From NCBI GenBank assembly GCA_965660855.1, contig CBFIBM010000003.1:32001-96000 (forward strand): 64,000 nucleotides of DNA, written 5' to 3'. Origin of the DNA: an uncultured bacterium. Lineage in GTDB: Bacteria; Fidelibacterota; Marinisomatia; Marinisomatales; UBA1611. Shown here in pieces: positions 8,710 through 19,087 of this stretch (position 1 is its first letter; the number at the start of each line of letters is the position of its first letter). A program made the translations under genes and the position numbers. The notes under the pieces were generated by a model, which made no database searches, was not told the DNA's origin, and saw nothing but the letters and a program-made list of their open reading frames with translations.

Positions 8710-9244
8710 TAAATATAATTTTCTTTTTCATAAAATAATTGTTGTAATTACTATTTATTCATGCGAAGAAGCAGAATACTTATTAGATAATCTTTCTGAT
8801 CCAGAAAATATGGATTTAGTACCACCAGCATTATTTTTTCATCCACCTCAGGTTGATGTAAAACTAGATACTGTAGTTTCTATGCAGGTATATGGCCTTG
8901 GATTACTTCCTGCATCTGCAGCACATTTAAAAATAAAATATGATTGGGGAATGCTACATTATGATTCAACAATAGCAAACGAGTTTTTTACTGGGAATAA
9001 TAATCCAGTTGTAGTTGATATACCAGAACAAGGGTTATTGGACATCTATTTATATTATCTACCTGATTTACTATCTAATCAAAGTAATGGAGGGACATGG
9101 GCTTTAACAACATTATATTTTACCACATATGCTGAAGGTCAATCAGATTTAGAATTTGATACCGAAATTACAGTACTTAAAGATTTTAATAATAATCCTG
9201 TCCTTATTAATGAATTTGGAATTGGTAAGATAAACATTGATTAA
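8696..9244 (+). CDS. Lipoprotein with cohesin-like beta-sandwich domain
   Basis: Lipobox IYSC; HLKIKYD...GTWALTTLYF..GQSDLEF...LKD pattern resembles cohesins. Confidence 0.6.
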   Translation: MSIFNKYNFLFHKIIVVITIYSCEEAEYLLDNLSDPENMDLVPPALFFHPPQVDVKLDTVVSMQVYGLGLLPASAAHLKIKYDWGMLHYDSTIANEFFTGNNNPVVVDIPEQGLLDIYLYYLPDLLSNQSNGGTWALTTLYFTTYAEGQSDLEFDTEITVLKDFNNNPVLINEFGIGKINID

Positions 9245-12200
9245 AATCTTAATATATAGTATCTATTTAATCACTATGATAAATGGTCAACAAAATAATA
9301 GTTATAATTTTCAATCTTCAGGTTTGGATGAAGATTATGTTGTTATCTCATCAGATCCACAAAATCAAGCTACTGCAGGTATGACTCTTGAAGCATGGGT
9401 TTTTCCGAGTAGTGAACCTATTCTTGAGGATATGAGCAGTATTGTTTCTTATGCAACCTTTATTAATCCAGATACAGAATCAGGATATGGTTTTTTTTAT
9501 AAACCTATAACTGGTAAATGGCATTTTGTTGTAGTAGCAGCGAATGATAATAATGTTTTATCTCAAATTGACTCTTGGCCTGGAGTTGAAATTGAAGCAG
9601 ATACATGGACCCATATTGCAGGTACTTATGATGGTGCAATTGCAAGAATTTTTAAAAATGGTGTTGAAGAAGCAAATTATACTTCACCCGGTGGGGCAAT
9701 AGTCTGGGAAAATATTGATACAGAATTATTTATTGGAAAATATATTAATGATAACACCTCTTTTCATGGTTTTATTGATGAAGTGCGAATTTGGGAAATT
9801 GCAAGATTAGAATCAGAAATACAAAATTCTATAAATGAAGTAGTAAGTTCAGATCAATCAGGTTTGATTGGGTATTGGAATTTTAATGATAACCAATCAT
9901 TCACAATATCTAGCCAAGTTGAAGGTGGCACCCCTGGCCTATTAAATAATGCCGGAAATGGCGGTTGGGCTACAGATGTATTTGCAGGTGGCAGTGATGA
10001 ATGTTTTGATAAATTAATTACTATAGATGATTTTCCTCTACTTCATGACGTTATTGATTTTGAAGAGCTAGAGCAAAACAGATTATATAATTTGACTGAA
10101 CTTCCATTTGAAAATGCAGCAGCGGGAGGCCAAGACTATACATATAAACTAACTCTTTTAGATTCAGCAAATATATATTTTACTACATGTGATGCCCAAA
10201 CATATCTTGATGTTGAAATTGCAATATTATCTGAATGTGATATTAATTCAGCTACTTTGTATAATGATGATGCTTTTGGTCAAGCAACTTGGTATTATCC
10301 GGACCCTGCCAATAATATTAACTATAATTTTGGTTGTACTTCTGGAATTGTAGGTAATGAAGGGTATGCAAATATGATACCTTATTGGGAACTCCCCCCT
10401 GGAGATCATTATTTTGTTATTTGTAATCGAGGAGGTGCAGCTCCTACTACTGATGGAGATCCTTGGGAAATTACAAGTTCATTTGGTATAGCTTTAACAG
10501 TGGATTCATTGACTACTTCAGATGATTATTCAGAGATAAATTATCATTTTAGTGAGGGTGTCTATGGTGGGGACTACATAGATGTTTATAATGGAAATTT
10601 ATTGCCTGTAGATCCAAGTGATTATCAAATCAATATAAATCCGAATGAAGGCGCAGCTACAGATGCAACTATACAAAGTTTAACAAAGCTAGATGGTAGT
10701 ACCCTTCCTCCTGGAGATCAAAACATAAAGCTTAATATAGATTATAACGCAAATCCAAGCGGTGTTGAAGAGGTAACGGTTGGTCCTTTTAATGAATCTT
10801 CTATTTTCAATAGCGTTGGTATACCTCTTCTAGATTTAGCTGGGATTACAATTCAACTAATTGATGCATTAAGTCCTACTATTAACCTAATTATACCTCA
10901 AGATGCTCAAGAAGGAGTAGAACAAAATTCTAATATTACAATTACATTTACTGAAGTTGTCAGGGCATCTGATAATACCAATATATCAGATGAGAATTCT
11001 TCTTCATGTTTTAAACTTATCAACACAGAGAATAATGATGAACTACCTTTTTTAATTACAACCTCTGATAATATAACATTTATACTAAACCCTTTAGAAA
11101 ATTTTCCTGAATACACATATATCCGATTAGAAGTTCTTTCTGGAATTGAGGATTTAAATGACAATTCATTCGTTAATAAATCTATTCAATTTAGAACCGA
11201 GGATGTTTCTCCGCCTCTATTCCAAAATGAAAGCTCTATTGCTCTGACCAATGAATTTGTTACAATAAGTTTTACTGAAGGTGTTTATGCGACTAATTCA
11301 GGTACAGGTGCATTAGAGGTTGCAGATTTAGCGTTAACGTATAATATGGGTGAGAATGGTGATTGCTCCGGTGTTACATTAACAGGCTTAAGGAATAATA
11401 GTGGGAATATTTTAACTGGAGGAGAATCAGTTATTCGTGTTTTAATTAATCCAAATTCTGCTCCCAATGGACAGGAAACACTGTTTTTTTCTGCATTTAA
11501 TAATAATTCAATATTTGACTTAGCTGGCAATGCTCTTTTAACAGGGAACTCTCCTGAGGTTTCACTCAATGTCTCTGCAAAGATTAATAACATAAGCCTT
11601 CCTGATAGTAATGAGTATGCAGATATACAGTTTTCTGTAGGAGTATATGGAAACTCCGATTTGACAATACCTTTAAATATCTCTTCATTAAATTTTGATT
11701 TTATTCAAAATGAAGAGGATGGCGGGAATGCATCAACTGTTGTAATTAATTACTTGAAAAATACTGAAAATGAAAATTTATCTGGTGGTGAAAGTATAAT
11801 TCGAGTTTATATGTCACTGGATACATTACCATCTGGCGTTGAAAATATTATTGTTTATCCAAATTCGAATAACAGCATATATAGTTTTTCTGGAGTACCA
11901 ATGCCTGTTGGGGAAAATGACACAGTAACTTTGAAAGATCAATTACCTTTAACAAGTATACAAAATATCCAAGATGGAGAGATTAATATTAATCAAAACG
12001 AGTCGATATCAATTCAATTTGATGATGCTGTATGGTTACCCGGGCCTCCAGCAAAAAAAGCAACAAAAGAAGATTTGGATGATTTTTTCGTGCTACAAAA
12101 CCAAACGAATAACATGGACTATATAATAGGTATAGACTATGTTACAGTTCTTGATACAATTAACAATATTTATTCGATTTATCCTTTAGAACCATTTTCT

Positions 12201-13820
12201 AGCGAGGATTCAATATCGTATTCATTTACTGGAACAGTCCAGGATATTTCAGGTAATCAAATTGAATTAAATTATTTCGCTACTTTTGTTATCCAAGATT
12301 ATTTACCACCTCAAATAAATGCAAATACATTAGCACCGGATAATACTTATTGGGATTTATACTTTGATGACGGTTTGTTCAGTGATTTTAATGCTTTAAA
12401 CCCTATAACACCCCAAAATTTTGATATTTCAATTATCCCCAATGATAGTGATGTTGATTCGATAGCTATAACGAGTGTAACTAAAATAGATGGAAATTTT
12501 TTAAGTGGAGGAGAAAGTATTCTTCGCTTAAATCTTGCATACAATAGTACTCCTTCTGGAAATGAATTTATCAATTTGAATCTGAGCCAAAGTGGCCAAA
12601 TTTTTGATGAATCTGGGAATCAAATGGAACCAAATTCCTTTGTTGCAAAAGATACTTTATATGATATTCTTCCGCCAAGTATAACTAGTGTTACTTTAGA
12701 AACATCAATTGATTCTTTATTAGTTTTATTTAAAGAGAGAACACTTCAATATAACTTTAATGAAAAAATTAAATCTTTAAGTTATTCTGTTACTTCAAAT
12801 CATATTGATTCTCTAAATGTTATATCTAATATCTCTGACAGTTCTATTAGCTTAACTTTACAGCCACCATTTGCTAGTTTTGATTCTATTACAGTTAATT
12901 TTGATGAAATTAAAGATTCGAGTGATTTGACTACTGTTGATATTGCATATACATATTTAACACCGATGCTTGGTGATTATAATTTAGATACTTCAATAAA
13001 CTATCTAGATTTACTGGATTTAGTTGATAATTGGAAAATTCCTAATTTAGAATATGAATTAGGACCATTTGTTGGGGAGGCTCCTCATTTTATTTCTAAT
13101 CCGGATAGTAAGTTTGATATTGAAGATGGAATGGCATTTATGAAAATGTGGTCATGGTATCAAAAAACATATGGTGAGATAGTTGATGATATTGAGCAAC
13201 TAGGTGAACTACCTCGGATTTATTTTGAGAAGAATAATTTAATTTTTGTACTTGAGGAAGATATTTCAGCAGGCCAATTTCAATTTAACTATGCTATATC
13301 TCAGTTTCCACCTCTTACAGTTCAAAATAAAAGCTCTAATGAGAACGATTTATTCTTGACTAGTCATTCAAGTGAGAGAGGGTTTTCAATAGTCGAGTTT
13401 GCCAGGGAGGAGAGTGATGTTAAACCAGATACAATTAAAATTTTAATTGATAGCAATAATAAATTAAACTTGTTTTATACTTTAACTAATTCAAAAAAAG
13501 TAATAATACAAAAGGGATCTACAGAGCTTGATTTTACTCAATTACCTAATAATCTCGCATTAGACCCCGCTTTCCCAAATCCATTTAATCCATTGACAAC
13601 TCTATATTTTGACATTCCAGGAACAGCGAAGTCAAGCCCTGTTCTTATTGAGATATATGATATAAAAGGAAGAAGTGTTGAAACCCTTATTGAAGGTTAT
13701 ACCTCGCCAGGTAGGCATAATATAAAATGGAATGCTACGCAGTTTTCATCAGGAATCTATTTTGTGAAATTGAGCTATGATAATCATAGTAGAACTCAAA
13801 AAGTAATATTGTTAAAATAA
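9237..13820 (+). CDS. Large secreted surface protein: LamG, repeated Ig-like domains, dockerin-like motif and PNPFNP C-terminal sorting domain
   Basis: MTLEAWV/WTHIAGTYDG/GFIDEVRIW (LamG); four xxEGVY...GGESxIR...PSGxE repeats; GDYNLDTSINYLDL; FPNPFNP...SSGIYF...KVILLK. Confidence 0.85.
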   Translation: MIKILIYSIYLITMINGQQNNSYNFQSSGLDEDYVVISSDPQNQATAGMTLEAWVFPSSEPILEDMSSIVSYATFINPDTESGYGFFYKPITGKWHFVVVAANDNNVLSQIDSWPGVEIEADTWTHIAGTYDGAIARIFKNGVEEANYTSPGGAIVWENIDTELFIGKYINDNTSFHGFIDEVRIWEIARLESEIQNSINEVVSSDQSGLIGYWNFNDNQSFTISSQVEGGTPGLLNNAGNGGWATDVFAGGSDECFDKLITIDDFPLLHDVIDFEELEQNRLYNLTELPFENAAAGGQDYTYKLTLLDSANIYFTTCDAQTYLDVEIAILSECDINSATLYNDDAFGQATWYYPDPANNINYNFGCTSGIVGNEGYANMIPYWELPPGDHYFVICNRGGAAPTTDGDPWEITSSFGIALTVDSLTTSDDYSEINYHFSEGVYGGDYIDVYNGNLLPVDPSDYQININPNEGAATDATIQSLTKLDGSTLPPGDQNIKLNIDYNANPSGVEEVTVGPFNESSIFNSVGIPLLDLAGITIQLIDALSPTINLIIPQDAQEGVEQNSNITITFTEVVRASDNTNISDENSSSCFKLINTENNDELPFLITTSDNITFILNPLENFPEYTYIRLEVLSGIEDLNDNSFVNKSIQFRTEDVSPPLFQNESSIALTNEFVTISFTEGVYATNSGTGALEVADLALTYNMGENGDCSGVTLTGLRNNSGNILTGGESVIRVLINPNSAPNGQETLFFSAFNNNSIFDLAGNALLTGNSPEVSLNVSAKINNISLPDSNEYADIQFSVGVYGNSDLTIPLNISSLNFDFIQNEEDGGNASTVVINYLKNTENENLSGGESIIRVYMSLDTLPSGVENIIVYPNSNNSIYSFSGVPMPVGENDTVTLKDQLPLTSIQNIQDGEININQNESISIQFDDAVWLPGPPAKKATKEDLDDFFVLQNQTNNMDYIIGIDYVTVLDTINNIYSIYPLEPFSSEDSISYSFTGTVQDISGNQIELNYFATFVIQDYLPPQINANTLAPDNTYWDLYFDDGLFSDFNALNPITPQNFDISIIPNDSDVDSIAITSVTKIDGNFLSGGESILRLNLAYNSTPSGNEFINLNLSQSGQIFDESGNQMEPNSFVAKDTLYDILPPSITSVTLETSIDSLLVLFKERTLQYNFNEKIKSLSYSVTSNHIDSLNVISNISDSSISLTLQPPFASFDSITVNFDEIKDSSDLTTVDIAYTYLTPMLGDYNLDTSINYLDLLDLVDNWKIPNLEYELGPFVGEAPHFISNPDSKFDIEDGMAFMKMWSWYQKTYGEIVDDIEQLGELPRIYFEKNNLIFVLEEDISAGQFQFNYAISQFPPLTVQNKSSNENDLFLTSHSSERGFSIVEFAREESDVKPDTIKILIDSNNKLNLFYTLTNSKKVIIQKGSTELDFTQLPNNLALDPAFPNPFNPLTTLYFDIPGTAKSSPVLIEIYDIKGRSVETLIEGYTSPGRHNIKWNATQFSSGIYFVKLSYDNHSRTQKVILLK

Positions 13821-13827
13821 TAACAAT

Positions 13828-14520
13828 ATGAGCCCAATTATAGAAATTACTCCATTTTCAAATATCTGGTTTTCTGGTCTGGTTGTGGTTTTTTTTGTGA
13901 GTTTATTAATTATTCAAATTGCAATTCGAATCCCTCCAGACACTAGGAGAATACTCTCCATTATACTAGGGATAGTTCTAATCTCAAGAGAGTTTTGGAA
14001 AAATTGGTATATATTTCAGTTAGGAATATGGGAGTTGAAGACAGCCTTACCATTACATCTTTGCGGAATTTCAGCTATACTTGCTGGAGCTATGTTATTT
14101 AAAACCTATCAAAAAGGGTTTGAGTTTTTAGCGCTTATTAGTTTTTCAGGAGCGTTACATGCGCTGCTTACTCCTCAATTAAACCATGGAGCTTCATTGC
14201 CTCAATTAATTGAATACTATATCGGGCATGGAGGCGTACTGCTAGTACCCATTTATCTTGCTATTGTTGATGGCTGTAGAATTAAAAAAGGTTCTTGGAA
14301 AAATGTTTTTATCCATTGCCAAATACTACTTTTATTTATAGGGCTAATCAATTTCATATTAGACGCTAATTATATGTATTTGTGTTCACCACCAATCGTA
14401 AATAACCCTTTGATTATTGGTTTATGGCCATGGTATTTGTTTGGACTTGAATTTTTTGGATTAGCGCATATTTTACTGTTCTATTATCTTTTTAGAAAAC
14501 TTAAACCATTACCTTACTAG
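13828..14520 (+). CDS. YwaF/TIGR02206-like integral membrane protein
   Basis: LPLHLC, ALLTP, NYMYL...WPWY motifs; multiple TMs. Confidence 0.85.
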   Translation: MSPIIEITPFSNIWFSGLVVVFFVSLLIIQIAIRIPPDTRRILSIILGIVLISREFWKNWYIFQLGIWELKTALPLHLCGISAILAGAMLFKTYQKGFEFLALISFSGALHALLTPQLNHGASLPQLIEYYIGHGGVLLVPIYLAIVDGCRIKKGSWKNVFIHCQILLLFIGLINFILDANYMYLCSPPIVNNPLIIGLWPWYLFGLEFFGLAHILLFYYLFRKLKPLPY

Positions 14521-14539
14521 TATAAAGCCAATAGGAATT

Positions 14540-15676
14540 ATGATTCAAGATAACTTTTTATTTGATGATGATATAACTTTTTTAAATCATGGCTCATTTG
14601 GTGCCTGTCCTAAACCTGTATTTGAAAATTATCAAGAATGGCAATTGAAACTAGAAAAACAACCCGTAGAGTTTTTAACTAAAGATCTTTATATAGGGTT
14701 AAAAGAATCAAGACAATCAATTGCAGAATTTATAGGTTGTAATCAAGATGAGGTGATTTTTTTTCAAAATCCTACGAGTGCGGTTACCAATATAATTTAT
14801 AATCTTGATCTTAATATTGGAGATGAAGTATTAATGTCAGATCATGAATATGGAGCATTAATTAGAGCTTGGTCAGAGTGGGGTAAGAAAAATAAAATTA
14901 ATATAGTGCAACATGAAATTTCATTACCAATAGTATCTAAAGAGAAATTTGTGAGTGATTTTTTAAAAAGTATAACAGATAAAACAAAAGTATTATTTAT
15001 ATCTCAAATCACAAGTGCAACTGGATTAATTCTTCCTATACAGGACATAATAGACTTTGCTAGGAAGAGGAAAATTATTACAATCGTTGATGGTGCTCAT
15101 TGTCCTGGTCATATTCAATTTAATGTACAAAGTTTAGGTTGCGATTTTTATACAGGGGCAATACATAAATGGTTATGTGGTCCAAAAGGGACATCGTTTC
15201 TTTATGTAAAAAAAGAAAAACAAAGCTCGATGAATCCTGTTATTTATAGTTGGGGGGAAGATGGTGATGATCCTGAAAAATCTAGATTTTTAAAAGATTT
15301 TCAATGGCAAGGAACTAGGGATATGTCAGCATTTTTAACAATTCCATTTACAATTGATTATTTCAATAAAAATATTTTACCTAATCAAGATGCTTGTCGT
15401 AAACTTAATTGTTACACTTTTATGAATTTTAAAGAAATCTTCAGTACCAAATCAATTATTGGAGATAAACGATGGATTGGACAAATGATTTCTTACCCAT
15501 TACCAAAAGAAACTAATGAAAATATCAAATCAATTTTATTAATGGATTATAGAATCGAAATTCCTATTTTTAAATGGAAAAACCAGACTTTTATAAGAAG
15601 TTCAATCCATGTATACAATGAAAAAAAAGATATCGATTATCTAATGGGTGCTTTGAAAGCTATATGTCATACTTAG
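14540..15676 (+). CDS. Class V PLP enzyme (isopenicillin-N epimerase / C-S lyase-like)
   Basis: FLNHGSFGACP, VDGAH, HKWLCGPKG. Confidence 0.88.
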   Translation: MIQDNFLFDDDITFLNHGSFGACPKPVFENYQEWQLKLEKQPVEFLTKDLYIGLKESRQSIAEFIGCNQDEVIFFQNPTSAVTNIIYNLDLNIGDEVLMSDHEYGALIRAWSEWGKKNKINIVQHEISLPIVSKEKFVSDFLKSITDKTKVLFISQITSATGLILPIQDIIDFARKRKIITIVDGAHCPGHIQFNVQSLGCDFYTGAIHKWLCGPKGTSFLYVKKEKQSSMNPVIYSWGEDGDDPEKSRFLKDFQWQGTRDMSAFLTIPFTIDYFNKNILPNQDACRKLNCYTFMNFKEIFSTKSIIGDKRWIGQMISYPLPKETNENIKSILLMDYRIEIPIFKWKNQTFIRSSIHVYNEKKDIDYLMGALKAICHT

Positions 15677-16311
15677 GTTTTAAAACACTTTCTTTTATGA
15701 AGTTTCTAATAATCCTACAAATTTTTATTTCACTAGGTTTTGCTCAAAGAATTCAACTCTTCACTAAAACGGATGATATCTTTACCTCTTCAAATCGTTT
15801 TTCTATTAAAAATAGGAAAGTAGTTTTTTGGGAAGACGAATTAGTTCTGATGACGGTTCCAATAAAAAATCTTGTAGAAGTACGTTATGTAGAAAAATCA
15901 TATTCTTATATTGGGACTCCATGTGTTTATTTAGGTTCAATATCTCTTTCAGCAGCAGCAGCAGCAGCAGTAGCAGGTCATCTTGAAGCCCTTGATCTTA
16001 AGCAAGAACAATTGATAGGGGTTGTGGGCGGAGGTGTCGTTCTATACTATTTTGGAAAGCTTCTAAGGTTATTGGGTGGTCGCTTTGGGAATGATATTGT
16101 TTATGAAGATTTTGACCGGTTAGATCGCTCTACAAAAAAATTGATTTTAGAGTCTATTAGTTTAGATATGCAAAAAAAAGAAAAGCAAAGTCAGTTTATG
16201 TATGGTCCTGAAGGAAAGAAAAAAGAATTGAAATTTTCTTGGCAAGGTAAAAAGCCTTGGAAGAAAAAATACAAACCAAAAAGAAAAATTATTCGATTTT
16301 CTTTTTTTTAA
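15664..16311 (+). CDS. Hypothetical membrane protein with basic C-terminus
   Basis: Signal-like N-terminus, two hydrophobic segments, poly-Ala encoded by (GCA)6, Lys-rich tail. Confidence 0.6.
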   Translation: MSYLGFKTLSFMKFLIILQIFISLGFAQRIQLFTKTDDIFTSSNRFSIKNRKVVFWEDELVLMTVPIKNLVEVRYVEKSYSYIGTPCVYLGSISLSAAAAAAVAGHLEALDLKQEQLIGVVGGGVVLYYFGKLLRLLGGRFGNDIVYEDFDRLDRSTKKLILESISLDMQKKEKQSQFMYGPEGKKKELKFSWQGKKPWKKKYKPKRKIIRFSFF

Positions 16312-16323
16312 ATTTCGTTTAGA

Positions 16324-17142
16324 ATGCAATGTATATTATCTGCGTTAAAAGCAGAATCCGCACCTCTTATTGATTATTTTAAGTTAGAAAAAGATACAAA
16401 TTTTTCATTCCCTCTTTATCAAAATAAAAATTTATTTTTATTAATAATAGGTATTGGTAAGGAAAAGATTGAACAAAGGATTTCTGCATTCCATAAACAT
16501 TATAAATTAAAAAATTTACAATACTTTAATATAGGAATTTCTGGAGGTAATCCTGAAAATTCAAAGAAGGGACAAATCTATATAATTAATAAAATTATGG
16601 ATGATCAAACAGGGCAGTTCTTTTTTCCTGATAATTTGATTGATAATAAAATAGAAGAAAATTCTATTATAACTGTAGATAAAAGTATAACTAATAAAGG
16701 GGGAAATTATAAAAATCTGGTTGATATGGAAGCTTCTGAGGTTTTTAAATCCTGTATAAAAAAGGTTCCAACTCATCAAATCTCATTCCTTAAAATTGTA
16801 TCAGATTATATGGGTGAGGACACCTTCTTATTGAACAACAAAATAATAAAACAGTTAATTAAAAATCATATAAATACAATTGAATTATATTTATCCAATA
16901 GTAAAAAAATTCAAAAAACAATTAAACCTATATTATCAATTGCTGATCTAGAATGGATTGAGAATTTCAGATTCAAATTAAATTTGACAGAAACTCAATA
17001 TTTTAAACTAATATCTCTTTGTAAAGGATATCGCCTAAAAAACCCACTACTTAAATTTGAAAATAACATTTTAAAAAAACCTATTTCTAAGCAAGACAGA
17101 AATCAAATATTTAGATATGCGTGTGAATTTCTTAAAGCCTAA
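16324..17142 (+). CDS. Nucleoside phosphorylase-like protein (SPL-associated)
   Basis: ALKAE, GIG, NIGISG, LVDMEAS, KIVSD (PNP/MTAN fold). Confidence 0.75.
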   Translation: MQCILSALKAESAPLIDYFKLEKDTNFSFPLYQNKNLFLLIIGIGKEKIEQRISAFHKHYKLKNLQYFNIGISGGNPENSKKGQIYIINKIMDDQTGQFFFPDNLIDNKIEENSIITVDKSITNKGGNYKNLVDMEASEVFKSCIKKVPTHQISFLKIVSDYMGEDTFLLNNKIIKQLIKNHINTIELYLSNSKKIQKTIKPILSIADLEWIENFRFKLNLTETQYFKLISLCKGYRLKNPLLKFENNILKKPISKQDRNQIFRYACEFLKA

Positions 17143-18139
17143 TTTTTCACATATCTATTTAGAAAAAGGGGCGGAAGAATACTCCTTAACTAAATTAGCT
17201 CTTGCTAAATTCTCAAAATCAAAGATTATTAAAATAGATCATTACAAAGACTTCTTTAATAGATCTAATCAAGATTTTCAAGTCCAAAAACTGTCGATGA
17301 ATCTTATCTTAGCAAAAAAATCAAGTCCTTTTTTGTATCCAGCATCTGAAATGGTTCAAGAATTTGGTACATCAAATGTGTTCTATAATACTCCAATATT
17401 AAATTGTTTATATAACTGTGACTATTGTTTTTTACAGGGTATGTATAATTCCGGTAATATGGTTTTATTTGTAAATGAATTTGACTTTATGAGTTCAATT
17501 GAAAAAAAACTTTTTTCATTAAAAAATTTCTCCGATCCAATGATTGTTGCAATCTCATATAATACAGATATTATGGCCATGGAAAATATTTTACCCCTTA
17601 CAGCAAGATGGATTGAGTTTGCAAAAAGTATGAAGGGTCTAATCATTGAAATAAGGACTAAGAGCGCATTGTTCTCATCAATTCAAAATATTAAGCCCTC
17701 AAATAATATTATTCTAAGTTGGACACTTTCACCAGAAATTATCTGTTCAAAACACGAATTAAATTCGCCGCCATTTTTGAGTAGATTACATTCTGCTAAA
17801 AAAGCTTTAGAAAAAGGATGGACTGTGAGATTATGTTTTGATCCTATAATTCTTTTTGATGGATGGTTCCAAATATATAACACTTTCTTTCAATTAGTTT
17901 TTTGTGAAATAGACCCTAAGAAAATTCGTGATATAACTATTGGTGTGTTTCGTATGAATAAGGATTTTTTTAAAAGGGTTAAGAAAAGACAGCCGACATC
18001 TTCACTTTATTATAGTGATTATACTATTGAGAAAGGTACAGTTACACTTGACAAAACAATTCGTGATGAATCCTTAAATCAAGTAAAAAATGCCTTATTA
18101 AAATATTTACCAGAAAGTAAAATTTTAATTTGGAACTAA
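17117..18139 (+). CDS. Spore photoproduct lyase-family radical SAM protein
   Basis: NCLYNCDYCFLQG, EIRTKS, WTLSP, RLCFDP. Confidence 0.88.
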   Translation: MRVNFLKPNFSHIYLEKGAEEYSLTKLALAKFSKSKIIKIDHYKDFFNRSNQDFQVQKLSMNLILAKKSSPFLYPASEMVQEFGTSNVFYNTPILNCLYNCDYCFLQGMYNSGNMVLFVNEFDFMSSIEKKLFSLKNFSDPMIVAISYNTDIMAMENILPLTARWIEFAKSMKGLIIEIRTKSALFSSIQNIKPSNNIILSWTLSPEIICSKHELNSPPFLSRLHSAKKALEKGWTVRLCFDPIILFDGWFQIYNTFFQLVFCEIDPKKIRDITIGVFRMNKDFFKRVKKRQPTSSLYYSDYTIEKGTVTLDKTIRDESLNQVKNALLKYLPESKILIWN

Positions 18140-18198
18140 TGATGGTTGATTAATAAAAACTTTATATGAAATATTAGCTTGTTAAATAGGTACTAAGA

Positions 18199-18300
18199 AT
18201 GAGTTTTAAACTAATATTTTTTATTATTGCAGTTGTATTTATAGTTGGATCTTTGTTACTTGCTTTATGGTATAGAATGTATGAAGATAATAACGAATAA
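18199..18300 (+). CDS. Small single-TM protein (33 aa)
   Basis: MSFKLIFFIIAVVFIVGSLLLALWYRMYEDNNE; AGG upstream; below ORF-track cutoff. Confidence 0.5.
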   Translation: MSFKLIFFIIAVVFIVGSLLLALWYRMYEDNNE

Positions 18301-18327
18301 ATTTTTCAGATAAAATCATCAAAGCAT

Positions 18328-19086
18328 ATGATAAACAGAGAAAAAAAGGCGCAGGTCTTATTTTTGTATTTACTCATCTCTACACTATCTACTTATAAAG
18401 TCTTTGGATTTGAGCTGCATAATGATTCTTATATTTATTTTCTTGGCGTTAAGTACACATTAAAACAAAATGGAAATTCATCAAATAGGTATATATTATT
18501 ACATGGTGATGAGAAAACAGCAAAAATGGTTTTAGAAAGTCATATTAAGGAATACAAAGGAATTGCTTTTTTTATAGAAAATGAGAAAAGAGAAATTCCT
18601 TTCAAATCTACAATTATCGATCCAAATCGCATTTTTTCAAGGAATGGTTCATATCATGCCTTAAGAAAATTTCAGCCTGGGTGGCCTCCTGGTGAATTAA
18701 AAAAAGCATTAGATAAAATTGATACTGAAAGAGAGGTTTTTTTAAATATTTTGATACCTCCAAATAATGGAATATTAATTGCTTTACATAATAATTTTCG
18801 AGGATATAATGTGAAAAGTGAAATAAGTAAAAGCCAGCGGGTATCCATTAAAAAAAATCAAAATCCCAGAGATTTTATTATTTGCACCGATGAAAATGAT
18901 TTTGATAAAATATCAAAAGGACCATTCAACGTAGTATTACAAAATAAGCCGCCTGAATTAGATGATGGTAGTCTATCATGGGAGGCTTTACGCAGAAATG
19001 TAAGGTATATAAATTTGGAAACAAGGTTAGGATATTTAACACAGCAAAAAAAAATGTTAGAATATATTGAAAGGGTTATTAAATAG
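18328..19086 (+). CDS. Exported M14/AstE-like Zn-hydrolase fold protein
   Basis: LLHGDE, DPNRIF, ALHN and a C-terminal Glu (NLE) follow the Zn-carboxypeptidase ligand order. Confidence 0.55.
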   Translation: MINREKKAQVLFLYLLISTLSTYKVFGFELHNDSYIYFLGVKYTLKQNGNSSNRYILLHGDEKTAKMVLESHIKEYKGIAFFIENEKREIPFKSTIIDPNRIFSRNGSYHALRKFQPGWPPGELKKALDKIDTEREVFLNILIPPNNGILIALHNNFRGYNVKSEISKSQRVSIKKNQNPRDFIICTDENDFDKISKGPFNVVLQNKPPELDDGSLSWEALRRNVRYINLETRLGYLTQQKKMLEYIERVIK

Positions 19087-19087
19087 T

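Noticed and set aside
10907..12574. Antisense ORFs inside the large surface protein gene, and similar short shadow ORFs elsewhere in the ORF track
   Set aside because: Fully overlap well-supported genes and carry no motifs
14540..15676. Beta-lactam or ergothioneine biosynthesis from the class V enzyme
   Set aside because: No partner genes (IPNS, egtB/egtD) in the window; the family is widespread
15952..15969. (GCA)6 microsatellite as a phase-variation switch
   Set aside because: In-frame trinucleotide encoding poly-Ala; length change would not shift the frame
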